DNA of 63,917 nt, the filler included, from Pirum gemmata (Eukaryota), in assembly GCA_002812295.1 (NCBI GenBank). It is 16 parts of 16 records of this genome, joined end to end, with 100 filler letters (N's around TTAATTAATTAA, not from the genome) between each part and the next. Parts side by side here need not be neighbours in the genome. Positions count along the whole stretch, not along the records: positions 37,380 to 41,087 come from PDIN01002034.1; positions 41,188 to 44,932 come from PDIN01002035.1; positions 45,033 to 48,744 come from PDIN01002036.1; positions 48,845 to 52,589 come from PDIN01002037.1; 12 more parts are not named here. The stretch is one strand, 5' to 3'. The notes beneath the pieces are model-generated. The model made no database searches and had not been told where the DNA came from. It saw only the letters and a program-made list of their open reading frames with translations. A program made the position numbers and the translations under genes. Shown in pieces: positions 37,280 through 50,949 of the stretch (positions within the stretch are counted from its first letter, which is position 1; the number at the start of each line of letters is the position of its first letter).

Positions 37280-38694
37280 NNNNNNNNNNNNNNNNNNNNN
37301 NNNNNNNNNNNNNNNNNNNNNNNTTAATTAATTAANNNNNNNNNNNNNNNNNNNNNNNNNNNNNNNNNNNNNNNNNNNNATGAAATGGATTTATATGGTA
37401 TTAATTTGGTACTCTTTATTGTATATTTTATGATGACAAAACAACTGAAAAGCACAATAAAAATAGTTATTTATTTATTTATGATATAAAAACAATTGTA
37501 TAAAAATAAAAAATAACTTTTCAAAAGCCTTTTCAAAAAGCCTTTTCAAAATTTAAGTTTTCAAAAGCACCTTTTCTTTTTTCTATGATACGATACGATA
37601 TGATACGATCCCTTTTTATTTTTTATTTTTATCAGACATAGACTAGATTTTTTTTTTTTTTACTCTTTGTTGGGTTAGAGTCTTAGTCTTAGTTAGAGAC
37701 TTACCGGTAGTTCTTTTATAATAGTGTTCTAATTTAATAGCAAGGATTGGGTTATCGTAGGGTCTACTAGCTAGCTAGAGTCATTGTCTAGTAGCTAGCT
37801 AGCCTAGTGTAGGGTTTAGTCGTAGGGTTAGATGGTTATCATAATCAAAATTTTTTAAAAGGGTAATCGTCTAGCTAGTAGCTACTAGCTAAGGGGTAAT
37901 CGTTTCAAATGATTTCAGTTTTAGTTTCCATAAATAACAACTTAATAACTATATAAGTTGAAAATCAGTTAAAAGTTGCTTTTAAAAATAGATATTCTTA
38001 TACTAAAAATAATGATTTACAATATTATTATAACATAAATATTATCAAAAAACGTAACTATACAGCTATATATGCTTACACATATATGCATTACTGGTTT
38101 ACAACTTATAGCCAATCATAACTCTTTATTTCAATCATGATTTTATGCACCAGCCACTCACGTGAATGTGAAAAGTATGTGAAATTACTTAGACGAAAAA
38201 AGAATTGGATTTGCGGAAGAGACAATAAAAAAAAAACACCGAAATTTCGCGAACTATTAATTAATAAAGAGGGACAAGTCAAAAGGAATGAACTTTTCTT
38301 TTTCGGGCTTTTTATATTTTTATTTATTCGTAGCTACTGCACTGCTACTACTACTAGCTAGCTAGCTAGCTAGTATGATATCATACTATCGACGTCTATC
38401 GTACGTAGACCTACCTCTCAGAGCCTCTCAGAGCCCTCTCAGCTAGCTAGAGCTACTATCGATAGCTACTAGCTAGAGTCGAGACCATGATATCATATCG
38501 ATACTAGAAGCGAATAAAATAAAAGCGGAAAAAGGCGCATAGATTTTCTTGAATAGATTTTCTTGTTTATTTTTATAAATTTATGATAATAATTATTTAT
38601 AACAGAACTGATCAAGGAGTGAAGAGCTCCATAATACATATATGATACATAAATATATAAATATCATATAGTCAATGAAAAAGAGTCTTTGATA

Positions 38695-39360
38695 TATCAG
38701 ATAAAAATACAACTAGCTATGATCTAGCTAACTAGCTATCATAGTAGAGAGTATATACTACTTTAGCTAGCTAGCTAGACTCTAGCTAGCTAGCTAGTAG
38801 ACGGATAGTAGGTATCATAATATGATAGATATCATATCAGATAGTCTAATAAGAACTAAGAACTATCAGATATCATAATAAGCTCCAACTTCTATCGATA
38901 CTACTAGCTAGGAAAGTCCAGTTAGCTAGCTAGTAGCTGTCTGTATGATAAACTATGATATCTCGATACTATCATAGCCTAGTAGCTAGCTAGGGGGGTC
39001 TATCTATCAGATATCTTAGCTATCATATCGATACTATGATAGTAGACTAGTAGTTAGCTATCATACAGTTCATACTATCGATAGCTACCAGCTATCCTGA
39101 TATATCATATCATACTAGCTATCGATAGTCTATCCACCTGATATTAGCCTGATATTAGACTACTAGACCCCCCCCCCCCCCACTGGACTACTACTAGCTA
39201 CTAGTAGCTAGGCCATCTAGCTAGTAGCTACTATGATATCATAGCTAGAGAGGCAATACTCTCTATCATACTACTAGCTAGCTAGCTAGCTAGTAGTAGC
39301 TAACTAGCTAGCTATGATAGCTAGCTAGCTATAGCTATGACAACCACGATACCATATAGG
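38695..39360. repeat. Aperiodic low-complexity tract built from short palindromes (CTAG, AGCT, GATATC, ATCGAT)
   Basis: Direct reading. Similar tracts at ~20990, 29145, 34770-35130, 37765, 38330, 45110, 46340, 47915. Confidence 0.8.
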
Positions 39361-40993
39361 TAGGTACCCACCCCCTGCCGGATCATTTTGAGATTTTTTG
39401 GATTTTTGAGCTTTTTCTGAAGTTAGTATTTTTTTAAACTTAGAACTCTCTTAGAACCGGAATGGGTGTCTATGGTGGATGCCACCATTTTTATATTATG
39501 ATAGACCTATATGCTTGGTAGAAGCTTTGGTAGACTTTTGGTAGACTAGTCTAGCTAGCTATGATAGCTGTTTTTTTTTATTCTATCATACCTCACGTCT
39601 ACCTGAGACTACCAGCTGTTTTTTTTTATTCTACCTCACGTCTACCTGAGACTACCAAGTTCCAATCCAACTTAGTGTACTAAGAGTGTAGACTATCATA
39701 GACCAAGCCAGATAAAAATGACGACATCCAGGCCATATGAGCTCAAAAATACTTCAAAAATCCAAAATAATCTCAAAATAATCCAATGAAAGTAGTACCA
39801 AAATTTGAGAAATCGTCTAACCAAGAAAACTCCATTATGAACAAATGGCTAGTTTTTAAAAATAATTTGGTTAGTTATCATAGCATCAAAAGTTTTTAGA
39901 AAAGAGGTTTAAAAATAATGATTTCTGCAGTGCTAGACCAGCAATGGTGTTAAAATAGTAATAATAATAATAATAATAATAAAATAAAAATAAAAATAAA
40001 TAAATAAACATTGATGTTAATTAATTAACATTGTAATTTATATAGGTTTTTATTATACAGTGCAATTAGTAGTAGTATTAAAAATCAAAAAAAATTTATA
40101 TTATAATATATATTGTGAATCCATATTATGACGTAAAAAACAACTTAGCATTAAAAATTAAATAACTGTACATTTATATTATTATGATCCCATAACACAC
40201 AACAACAACAGCACATAATAACAACAACACATAACAACAACAACAACAACAAACAACAAACAACAACAACAACAAACAACAAACAACAACAACAAACAAC
40301 AACAAAAACAACAAAAACAACAACAACAAAAACAACAACACTATGTTTTTTTTACTGTTTTTTTCGAACAATAGGGCAGGGCAAGCTTTTTAATTTAATA
40401 AAAGATAGTCTTCTTACGTCACATATTTCCTCAATAGTAAACTAAATGTCTCTATGAAACAAAAAAACGTAATCAAAAATAGTCAAAAAAAAAGCTTTGA
40501 GAACGAGGGGCAAAAATAAAAATAATTTCCTTAGGTGACAATTCTATTTCAAAAACATTCAATTCTATCGCGTCGAAATTACGGTCGAATAAGTGTCGAA
40601 TACCTTTTTTATGTCAGTGTTTATGTCAGTGTTTAAAATTTGCTGTCGGAGTTGGAAAAAGGTGACAGCGTTTCCATTCATTTAGATAACATACTATACA
40701 ACAGCAACCAACAACAACCAACAATAACAACCAACAATAACAACCAACAATAACAACCAAAAACCAATAACACCAACAATAACAACCAACAACAACAACG
40801 TTAACCAACAACAACAACTAACAACAACAACCAACAAGAAAAGCTAACAACAACAACAATAACCTTTCGTTTGCCACAACAACAACCAACAACATCAACA
40901 ACATATTCATAACAACCGCATTTTTTAAAAGGGCCGCATTTTCGCAATATTTGGTGTTCGATTTAGTAATATTTTTTTAAAAATTTAATAGAT

Positions 40994-41078
40994 GGCTGTT
41001 TGCCCGAGTTGGTCTAAGGGGTTAGACTCAAGTTCTAATATACGTATGTATGCGTGAGTTCGAATCTCACAGCAGTCA
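40994..41078 (+). tRNA. tRNA-Leu (CAA), intronless, long variable arm
   Basis: Acceptor GGCTGTT/AGCAGTC plus discriminator A; anticodon arm TTAGA-CTCAAGT-TCTAA; variable arm ATAC/GTAT; T arm GTGAG-TTCGAAT-CTCAC. Confidence 0.96.
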
Positions 41079-41948
41079 AAAACCAAANNNNNNNNNNNNN
41101 NNNNNNNNNNNNNNNNNNNNNNNNNNNNNNNTTAATTAATTAANNNNNNNNNNNNNNNNNNNNNNNNNNNNNNNNNNNNNNNNNNNNCACCACCCTGGGC
41201 CACACCCATCCATCCACTTTGAGAAATTGAGATCTTTTTGAGAACTTTACTAAGCATTCAAAAATAAGAAAAGAAAGTTTGTCATTTATCGCTTTGTCTA
41301 GCACGTTTGGCTTTTCTTTCACTAAAACAAAAAATGTTACGAACATCACGCGTACAATTTTTATATTTAGTCTATTATTGTAAATATTCCACAGTAATTA
41401 ACTAGTTCTTGTTTTTAATTAAAAATTCGTTTTTGATTATCATAATATTAGCATAATTACATAAAAAAAATAAAGATAATTTTTTATTATTATTAACATT
41501 CTAATACTTATAAAAATTAGTGTCCATATTTTATTCAATTAATAAAAATAAAAAAAACAAAAAAGAAAATTTAACTCGCTCGTCATACCACTATTTGGTT
41601 AAGGGAGTACAATATTGTATTATTATTTAAAATCATTGCCAGTATTAAAATTATTGCCATCATGATACTAATAATCTGATTGAGATAGTGAACATCATTA
41701 TACCAAGGAATATTTCACTTCACAATGCGAATTCAAATAAAACAAGCTCCACAAGTTTATTCCAATTTAAAGAACAAACGATATCTGAAACGACCACTAA
41801 ACTCCCATTCAACAGCCACTTGTTTGCTCTATGTTTTCAACTCTTCCTTTAATTTATTCTCTTTTTCTTTCGCCCAGAATTTCATGGAGATTTGTCAGTG
41901 TTACCTTGAGACTGGTTCGCCTGCCAGCGTTAGTTGTGGTTGTGTTGG

Positions 41949-43037
41949 TTATTGTGATATTGTTGGTGGCTGTGTTGGTGATTGTGATAGTGTTGGCGGT
42001 TGTGTTGGCGAATGTGACAGTGTTGATGTCTGTGTTGGTGTTTGTGTTGTTGTTTGTGTTTGTGTTGGTGTCTGTGTTGGTGGCTGTGTTGGTGGCTGTG
42101 TTGGTGCTTGTGTTGGTATTTGTGTTGGTGCTTGTGTTGGTGCTTGTGTTGGTGCTTGTGGTTGTGTTGGCGCTTGTGTTGGTGGTTGTGTTGGTGGTTG
42201 TGTTGGTGGTTGTGTTGGTGGTTGTGTTGGTGTTCGTGGTTGTGTTGGTGTTCGTGGTTGTGTTGGTGTTCGTGGTTGTGTTGGTGTTGGGGGTTGTGTT
42301 GGGGATTGTGACTGTGACTTGAGTTGTGGTTGTGGTTGTGGTTGTGGTTGTGGTTGTGGTTGTGGTTGTGCTTGCTCCATTTGATTTTGTTCTTTTTGAG
42401 TTTTCTGATCTTGCTCTTTTGGGTGTTCTTTCGATTGTTCATTTGGCTTATCCAATCGATCATTTGGGGTTTGTTGTGTCTGTTGTTCCGTTTCTTGGTT
42501 ATTTTGAACAACAGTTTGCAATTCGTTTTGATTTTGGGATACATTTTCTTGCTCAAATTGCAGTTTTGCTTGTTCGTTTTGATCTTTTGGCGGCACTGTT
42601 TCTTCGTTGCCCTTGTCCTTATCTGCTGCTGTCATTGTTTTACCAACTTTACCCTCTTGCAAGGAGCGATTCGATTCTTTCTGCAAGCTCTTCTGAAGCT
42701 CTAACACTTCATTCGTCTCTGCCAAACTGTTCAATCTAGACCTTGAAAAAACACCGTCGTGCATTTCAATCAAATGAGTCTCTTCATCTTCAGTTTCTTC
42801 ATCTGTAGTGCTTTCTGATGCTTTAAGTCTCTTTTTAATACCCACAAGCCCATCAGCAGGAGGTAGCTTCCGTTTAATAGCATCATCATCACCATTATTA
42901 CGGTCACGTTCACGGTCACCATTATCATCATCGCCATTGTCAGTATTAAAATTAACATCCGTGTCATGTTCATCATCAGCAGCATCAGCGTCAGCGGCAG
43001 CATCATCATCATCATCATCACCACCATCATCATCATC

Positions 43038-43084
<47 letters not shown>

Positions 43085-44853
43085 TGTTTTTATCACTATT
43101 CACATTACTAACTGCTCTGCTTTCATTTGAATAATCGCTAGCATCTTCATCTGCACTCTTAAATTTATCTTTGTCCATATCATCATCATCATCATCAGTT
43201 GAATCACCAAAAGAAGTCTCACTGGATGAGATTTCAGAAGTTTCTTCATGCTCTTGGGATCTTTTAGCATTCAATCTCGATTGTCTTTCCTGCATTTCTC
43301 TTTCTTTTAATTCGAACCATTTTGTGCGCAAACTTGAAGCAGGTTTTTTGATATCGTATTCTTTTATAATTTCCGCCCAGTTTTCACCATGACTTTCGAC
43401 ACCCTTTTTCAAATCACTGAGTTCTTTATCAGACCACTGATGATGAGCTAAAAAGAAGGGCTCCGGTTGAACTACTGGTCTCGAACGTGAAGCTAACTGG
43501 CCTTTTTGTCGCACTTCCGCGCTTTTGCTCTTTTTTAAAGCCAAGTGTAAACGAAGCCATTTTTTGTGGAGACTGCTCACTGATCGACCCGAAAAATTAT
43601 ATTCCTGAAGTATTACATTCCAATCAGTACCATATTTTTCAACCGCTTCAAGCAAGATTTGTTCCTCTTCTTCAGTCCAATAAAGTTTCGACGGTGCCCA
43701 GTAAGTAGGTGCTTGTTGGACCGGATTATCGTCCGTCTGGACCTCCTCTTTTTCGCTATGGATCTTGTCCCCCCTTCTAGTAGTGGGGGCGACAAAAGCT
43801 TTATGATCGTTAAAAAATTCATTTTTAATAATAGAATCCCACTTAGCAGTTAAACTTCGAACACTTCTACTAGTACCAAAGTTGTATTCTTTCCAAATCA
43901 TGTCCCAGCTATCTGGATTAGATCCAAATTTTTCAACACCAGCCTTCAACTTTTCACATTCTTCGTCTGTCCATTTAGCGTTCACTTTATTACACTTACC
44001 CGTCTTCTTCGCTTTAGCCTTTTCACGACGTAAAGCATCCCATTTGACTTGTAAACCACGTACACTTCGGTCATTGAATTCAAATTCCTCTAAAATAGCA
44101 GCAAAGCACTCTTTCGAAGTCCCGTATTTTTCTACTCCTTTGTACAAATATTCAACCTCCTCTTCGGTCCATTTCTGTTTGACAGCGCCAACAGGCGCGT
44201 AATAGTATTTTGATATTTCAGGTTCAGATGCTGTTGTGGTTTCTGTTGTTGTAGAAGGTGGAGGTGGTGATGGTGATGGTGATATGGCTATATGAGGATC
44301 GGGGGCATGAGTAGCTTTCGACTGAGAATTTCCAGCCATTCTTTTATCGGATTGTATTTTATCCCACTTCGTACGCACAGCTTTTAAACTCCGATCGTTA
44401 AAATAAAACTCCTCCGCTATTTTAGCCCAACTGTCAGGGTAAGTACCATATTTTTTAGCACCTTCTTCAAGATTGGCTAATTCTTCATCAGTCCACTTTC
44501 GTGTTCGACCACCAACGACAACAGGAGCAACTATGTTCTTTGTTTGTACGGACTTTGTCGATTGGGAATCACTTTCCAGTTTTGGTTTTGATTCCGAGGT
44601 AGCCGAATCTCTAGTTTTGTAGATATTATTCTGTACTAATGCAGGTGCATTTCTTCCAATTCTTCCCCATTTAGTATGCATAGAATCAATACTTCTATTG
44701 ATATTAAATTCCTTCGCAATAACACCAAATACTTCTTTACCTGAGCAACCATATTTTTCAACTCCTTTAATTAGCAAATTAATTTCTTCGTCAGACCATC
44801 TGGGTGTAGAATTGGTGGTTTTGCTTACAACCTCGATATCATTACTTTCACTC
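41949..44853 (-). CDS. Multi-Myb/SANT protein: six TRF/telobox-like repeats, acidic linker, PTQ-repeat tail (5'-partial, one large exon)
   Basis: Six W(T/S)xEE-x3-L-x2-GVEKYG..W/F..I..RS...L..KW units. Acceptor ctcag at 44855-44854 extends the ORF-track frame to include RWSDEEINLL. Confidence 0.92.
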
Positions 44854-47181
44854 CTGAGAAGAAAAACAAATATGATATTAACAGAAACAATAACAGCAAT
44901 AATAATATTACTAATAATAATAATAATAATAANNNNNNNNNNNNNNNNNNNNNNNNNNNNNNNNNNNNNNNNNNNNTTAATTAATTAANNNNNNNNNNNN
45001 NNNNNNNNNNNNNNNNNNNNNNNNNNNNNNNNTATACCAAATTAAATTAAATGGATTTATATTTTATTAATTTGGTACTATTTATTGTATATTTATGAAG
45101 GCAAAACAGACTCTAGTAGCTAGACTAGCTCTAGCTATCAGATACTAGACTAGCTAGCTAGCTAGCTAGCTAGCTAGAGGCCACTCCAACAATTTTTTTT
45201 TTAAAAAAACGTCCAACTTTTGGGATTCGAATTTCAAACTATTCAAACATCAGTCAGGTAATAGCTATTTAATAGGTTTGAAATTTTTGAACATAAAAAA
45301 AAATTGTTGGCACCTGTACTGTAGACTACTATGATTGTGCTTTTCATTTGTATTGTCACTCAGAATATTTATTTGGTTGATTATAATATTTAAATTGTCA
45401 TTTTTAAATTAATAAATAGATAATAAAGTGTACCAAATTAAATTAAATGGATATTTATTGTATTAATTTGGAACTATTTATTGTATATTTTTTGACGACA
45501 AAAAATATTATTCTACTGTACCAGCTGTTTTGTCATCATAAAATAAATAATAAATAGTAGACTACCAAATTAATACAATATAAATCCATTTAATTTAATT
45601 TGATATATTTTATTATCTATTTATTGATTTAAAAATGTCAGTTTAAAGATTATAACCCTCCAAATAAAGATTCAGAGTGACAAAATAAATCAACAATAGT
45701 AGAGATTTTTTTTTTCATTTTTTCTTTGGAGATTTTTTTTTTTTAACTATGGCGGTCATACCAAACCGGATAAAAATGATGACATCCACCATAAATTATG
45801 AGCTCAAAAATCTAAAAAAAATTCAAAAATATCCAATTTAAATAAAAATACTACCAAATTTTGAGAAACTATCAAACTAAAAAAACACTATTATGAACCA
45901 ATGGTTAGTTTTAAAAAATAATCTGGCTAGTTAAACTAAATATTTTTAGAAAAGAAGGCTAAAAAAAAAAATGATTTCTACAGTTTGTTGATTTGTTTCA
46001 TATAATATTCAATAATACTTCGAGTTTTAAAAGTCAATATCCTGCTTTTCATTTATTTATTTGGTACTTTTAAGTTTATAAACGTGGTTACTTTAAATTG
46101 AAATATAAATTATTAAACACGCCAAGTTAATTAAATTGTATCAAATAAATTTGATATTGGTATTTATTACTGCGTATTCTATTATGACAAAATAACTGAA
46201 AAGCACGATAATTTGATTGTCTTTCGTTGTACTTTTCATAAGGAAGCGTTTCAAATAATACGTCACGTCAAGGGGTAGGTAGGTAGGTGGTATTTGACCG
46301 GAAATTAACGTCGAGGGGTGGGTAGGTAGGGGTATTCCTATGATATAGACTAACTACTAGCTATGATAGCTAGCTAGCTACCTACACTGCAGCTAGCTAC
46401 TACTAGCTACAGTAGCTAGTAGAGCTTCTATGGTGCAAATAATCAAAAAACACCCAACTTTTGGGGTTCGATTTAATTTTTAGTTTTCAAACATTAGCAA
46501 TGTAATAGGTATTTAATAGGTACCGTTTAATTATATAATTGAACTTTTTTATAAATATAAAATTACTATATAAAATATCAAATTAATTAAAACATGACCA
46601 ATTAATTATAATTTGGTAATTTTTAAGATTTCAGTTTTTGAACACTATTGAAAAACACGATAGTAGCTAGCTAGACTACTGTAGCTAGTTTAGAAGAACA
46701 AAAAAAAAAAAAACTCATTATGCTATAGTCTAGTTTGATATGACATTGTATTTAAAAAAAAAAATTTATTCTATAAAAGTATTCTATATGTTTACAAAAA
46801 CCACAACAATCGTGCCAACGACCACAATGTTATTTATTAATATTTTAAAAATGTAGGTATATAAAAGTAAAAAACTAATGCTTCTTCTACGTCTACACTG
46901 AAAAGAACATAAAACTATATTTTGTAGTATTTCAAGAATTTCAAGTTTGGGTATTTCTACTGTATTTCTGCAGGAGTTCAAGAAAAATTGAACTTCTTCT
47001 AGTGAACTATTATAACTCCTATATAATGGTCTGGTAATCTAGACTCTAGACTATTTCTATAATAAAAATTACTGCAAACCAACACTCAGAGATATTGTAA
47101 ACGCCAAAGTATGATATTATGGCACAAAATCTAAAATTAAAAACTTCAACCTAAAATGCAACTGCAGTTGTAGTTGTACTC

Positions 47182-47327
47182 TTAGGGTTAGGGTTAGGGT
47201 TAGGGTTAGGGTTAGGGTTAGGGTTAGGGTTAGGGTTAGGGTTAGGGTTAGGGTTAGGGTTAGGGTTTAAGTTAGGGTTAGGGTTAGGGTTAGGGTAATT
47301 AGGGTTAGGGTTAGGGTTAAGGTTAGG
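47182..47327 (+). repeat. Interstitial (TTAGGG)n tract
   Basis: More than 20 units, internal to the contig. Confidence 0.92.
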
Positions 47328-47430
47328 TCAGGTAGCTAGTCTGTTGTACTGTGTAAGTACAACTGTGTGTATTCATTACCTTCTCTATTATATAATTTAT
47401 ATTATCATAGTAGAGTATTAGTAGACTGGG

Positions 47431-47637
47431 AGGAGGGATGAGATGACGTCATCTTACCAATTGGATGCTCGGACCGGCGAACTTCCGGAAATTTGACTAA
47501 AGTTACTATAAATAGTATAATAAACTCTTACTAAATAAATAATTACAAATACTAAATATGGTAAGGCGAAACAGGTGAACAACATTTACTTTGTGCCTCG
47601 GTCAAAAAAGTTCGCCATAAGAGTTCTCACCCCTCCT
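47431..47637. mobile_element. MITE with AG..CT termini and 8-bp TSD
   Basis: TIRs aggagggatgaga / tctcacccctcct; TSD agactggg at 47423-47430 and 47638-47645. Confidence 0.88.
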
Positions 47638-47981
47638 AGACTGGGTATGTATAGTATGTATCACTTACGGTCAGGTCTAGTCCTAGCTAGTCTCTATTCG
47701 TCAACACGTCATAAATTTATGCCATGAGCATAAATTCATGCCGTTTTCTGAAAAAAACACCACTTTTTGATTCGAATCGAAAAATTTTAGACATTTCTCT
47801 ATTTGACAAATAATAATAATAAAAAAATTTAGTTTTTTTTTTTTCGAAAAGCGGTATCAATTTAGTACACGAAAAAAATTGTGTCGTAAATTGATTCCAA
47901 AACATTCTGACGGATAGAGACTAGTAGTCCTAGCTACTAGTAGCTAGCTAGCTCTAGCTAGCTAGTATCATAGACCCTGGA

Positions 47982-48014
<33 letters not shown>

Positions 48015-48015
48015 N

Positions 48016-48052
<37 letters not shown>

Positions 48053-49159
48053 CCCTGAACTATTAAATTCCTAATTTGGCTAAATTGTGCGAAAAAAAAA
48101 AAAAGTCTGTAGCAGGTAAGCCTCTCCCAATTCTTCTCGAGCCTGAAAACTCGAATTTCTGCTGCCAAAAAAAAAGCCAAAATTCAGCTCGTATGAAAAT
48201 TATTTTTCCCATTTTTTTCGGGTTTATAAATAAATAAATATATTTGAATACTTATTGTAAGCTCAAAATTTCAAACTTATATAGGCTTGAAAACTCGATT
48301 TTTAAAAAGAGCAGAATTGGGAGAAGCCTTGCAGGCTATCAGCAGGCCATCTTTTTTTTAAAAGCTATGATATTAGTTTAGGCCAATTCTGCTCAAGCCC
48401 GAAAATTCGAATTTCTGCTGTCAAAAAAAGCCAAAATTCAGCTCCGTTCGAAAAATATTTTTTTTTATATTTTTCGGGTTTAGTAATAAATAAATATATT
48501 TGAATACTTAATTGTAAACTTGAACGTTTCGAACTTAGTAATTAATATATAGACCCGAAATATCGATTTTTAAATAGAGCCTAACAGCTATAACTAGCTA
48601 GAAAAAAAAACAGAGAAAAGTGACTGAAAAGAAAAGTGAATGGAACCGCACGCAACAACCATTGGACGATGTTATAGTGAGCCAATTACAAAAAGATAAA
48701 AAAGAACTAGAATCTATAACTATAAGTTTTTTTTTTTTTTTTTTNNNNNNNNNNNNNNNNNNNNNNNNNNNNNNNNNNNNNNNNNNNNTTAATTAATTAA
48801 NNNNNNNNNNNNNNNNNNNNNNNNNNNNNNNNNNNNNNNNNNNNTATATTAATAATAATAATAAACTTATAGCCATAATAAATCACGCACTTATACCAAC
48901 GTGCAAATTACGTGCTAGCTATAGATCTTTTTTTTCTCTTATGATACCGTAAAATTATTTTTTTTTTCTGATTTTGACTTTCTGAAAAAAATAATGATAA
49001 ATATAAAAAAACGCGTGAATTTTCAAAAATTTGTGTTTTTTAAATTATGAGAGAGACTAAAATGATACATTATTCAAGTTGAATGATGTATTAATCAATT
49101 TAAATCACAAAATTAAGTCACTTAAAACATAGGGTCCGAACGGACCCCACTCATCCGGA

Positions 49160-50870
49160 GTTTATCATTTTAAGGGAATTTCTGACACTTGTAATGTGGA
49201 ATTACACGCTAGTTACGCTAGTGTTACGAAATTTGAGATCACTTTTCTAACTTATTCAGTTAAAATAAGAAATAAGGCTATAAGCATTTACAATAATCAA
49301 TTAGCAAAAGGAGTGGAAGAGAAGTGAATGAAGAGACTTTTAGGAAAGATGAGAATTTCTATAACAAGTAGTGAGAAACTGATAACCTATTATTAGATGA
49401 TAAAAATCAAAGTGAGTTGAAGAGCTGCGCCAGGACCTTGGGCTGGGTTGAATTTGATAGCCAAGAATGAAAACAATAGTTCTGGTACTATTAGAGATAC
49501 CAATAAAGCTCGTTTCGCTTCACTTAATGGAGCTATTGGTAAACTATTTACTCCTTCTCATTTTCCTTCTGAAGTTAAAGTTGATACTTAAGTAAATGTC
49601 TGCCATGGTAAGGAATATCTTCGCAAAAATCCCAAAGTGAAAGATACATTGTTAATTGAATAGTATACGTATCACTTACCGTTGATTAAGTGATGAAGAT
49701 GAAGAATGGATGAAAGAGACCTTAGCTAAGGTAGGTAAGGAGTATGAGCATGAAAAGTGAGTGAAAATGTTGACTGATGTGAAATATTTGCAAGATGCTT
49801 TATTTTTCGAGAAAACATCAATTGTAGTAGTTGGTAATAGAGCTTTAGTTACGTTTTTATTTGGACAACAAGCCTCGAATGTTTTAAAACCTTTGTTTTA
49901 GGTGGTAATGAAATTAGTCGTATGAAAAACGTCTGCCAAGCTTTATTTATTAAAGGCATTTGTAGAGTAAATAATTTACAAAATACTTTGGAGAAAAACA
50001 ATAAGGTGCGTTACGTATTGAATTTGGATTTTGATGAGAGTGGTAATTTACGAAGATTAAGAAAAGGTAGTGTAACATTGAATATGGATTTACCGTGTAT
50101 TGAAAATAGTAATACATTAATTTTAAATGAAGAGAAGGAGGAGGTGGTGGAATAAACAGAAACTACCACTAGTAAGGTTGAGAAAGTCAGTAAGAAAGAT
50201 GAAAAAAAATGAGGAAGTACGTTAAGCGTTAAGAGAAGTTATCAAAATTGATGAAATTTCTGATCCAATTGTAGTGGAAGATTTAATTAACAACCGCTAA
50301 CGTGGAAGATATCAATAAAAAGGTGGCAGAAATGGTAAATCAGTCTTATGTTGATCATATGCATAATAGTACTCGCTGTAAGAATAGAATGAAAGAATTA
50401 AGAGAGGCTGGTTATCAAACAACTTTTGTGATTAAAGTGAAACCCCGCGTTATTCCACCTACTTCCCAGGGAAAAAACGAATTAGGTGAAACAGTAAGAA
50501 AATTGGAAGAGCCTTCTTTATTACCTAAACGTAATACTGGTAAACGTAGTACTAGTGCTAAGGAAAAGGAACAAATTTAAGTGATGAAGATTCTAACGAA
50601 AAAGATAATCAACCACCTGCTAAGAAAAAAACATTTTTTCGCTGCTAAAGGTCCGCCAAAAAGTTTCGTTCTTATTCTTGTTGAAGTAAAGGTTGTGATA
50701 AATTATTACATTTTAAAAACACCCATCATGTTTTTGAAGATAAAGTAACAGCTGCAGGTAAAAATATTTTATTCTTAAAAGGTGAGAACATTATGATTTC
50801 CAAAGTTTTATGTTTAGATTTTGCACGTAAGTAGGAAAATTTCATTACATAACTAAGACTGTGGATATGA
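49160..50870 (+). pseudogene. Decayed intronless coding region of unknown family
   Basis: Continuous protein-like frames (including ORFs 49922-50155 and 50302-50580) broken by scattered stops and frameshifts; no microsatellites. Confidence 0.5.
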
Positions 50871-50949
50871 TGAAGTTTTAGAATAAGTTTGTAGGTAATA
50901 ATTTTTTATGTAATTTAAAAAAAAAATAAAGGGTTATTTATTTATTAAA

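Noticed and set aside
41725..44202. Plus-strand Cys/Gly-rich and other overlapping ORFs
   Set aside because: They are antisense or alternative-frame shadows of the PTQ, acidic and Myb regions of the real minus-strand gene.
40994..44853. Functional linkage of tRNA-Leu with the Myb gene, or any cross-contig cluster
   Set aside because: Separated by an artificial linker at 41088-41187.
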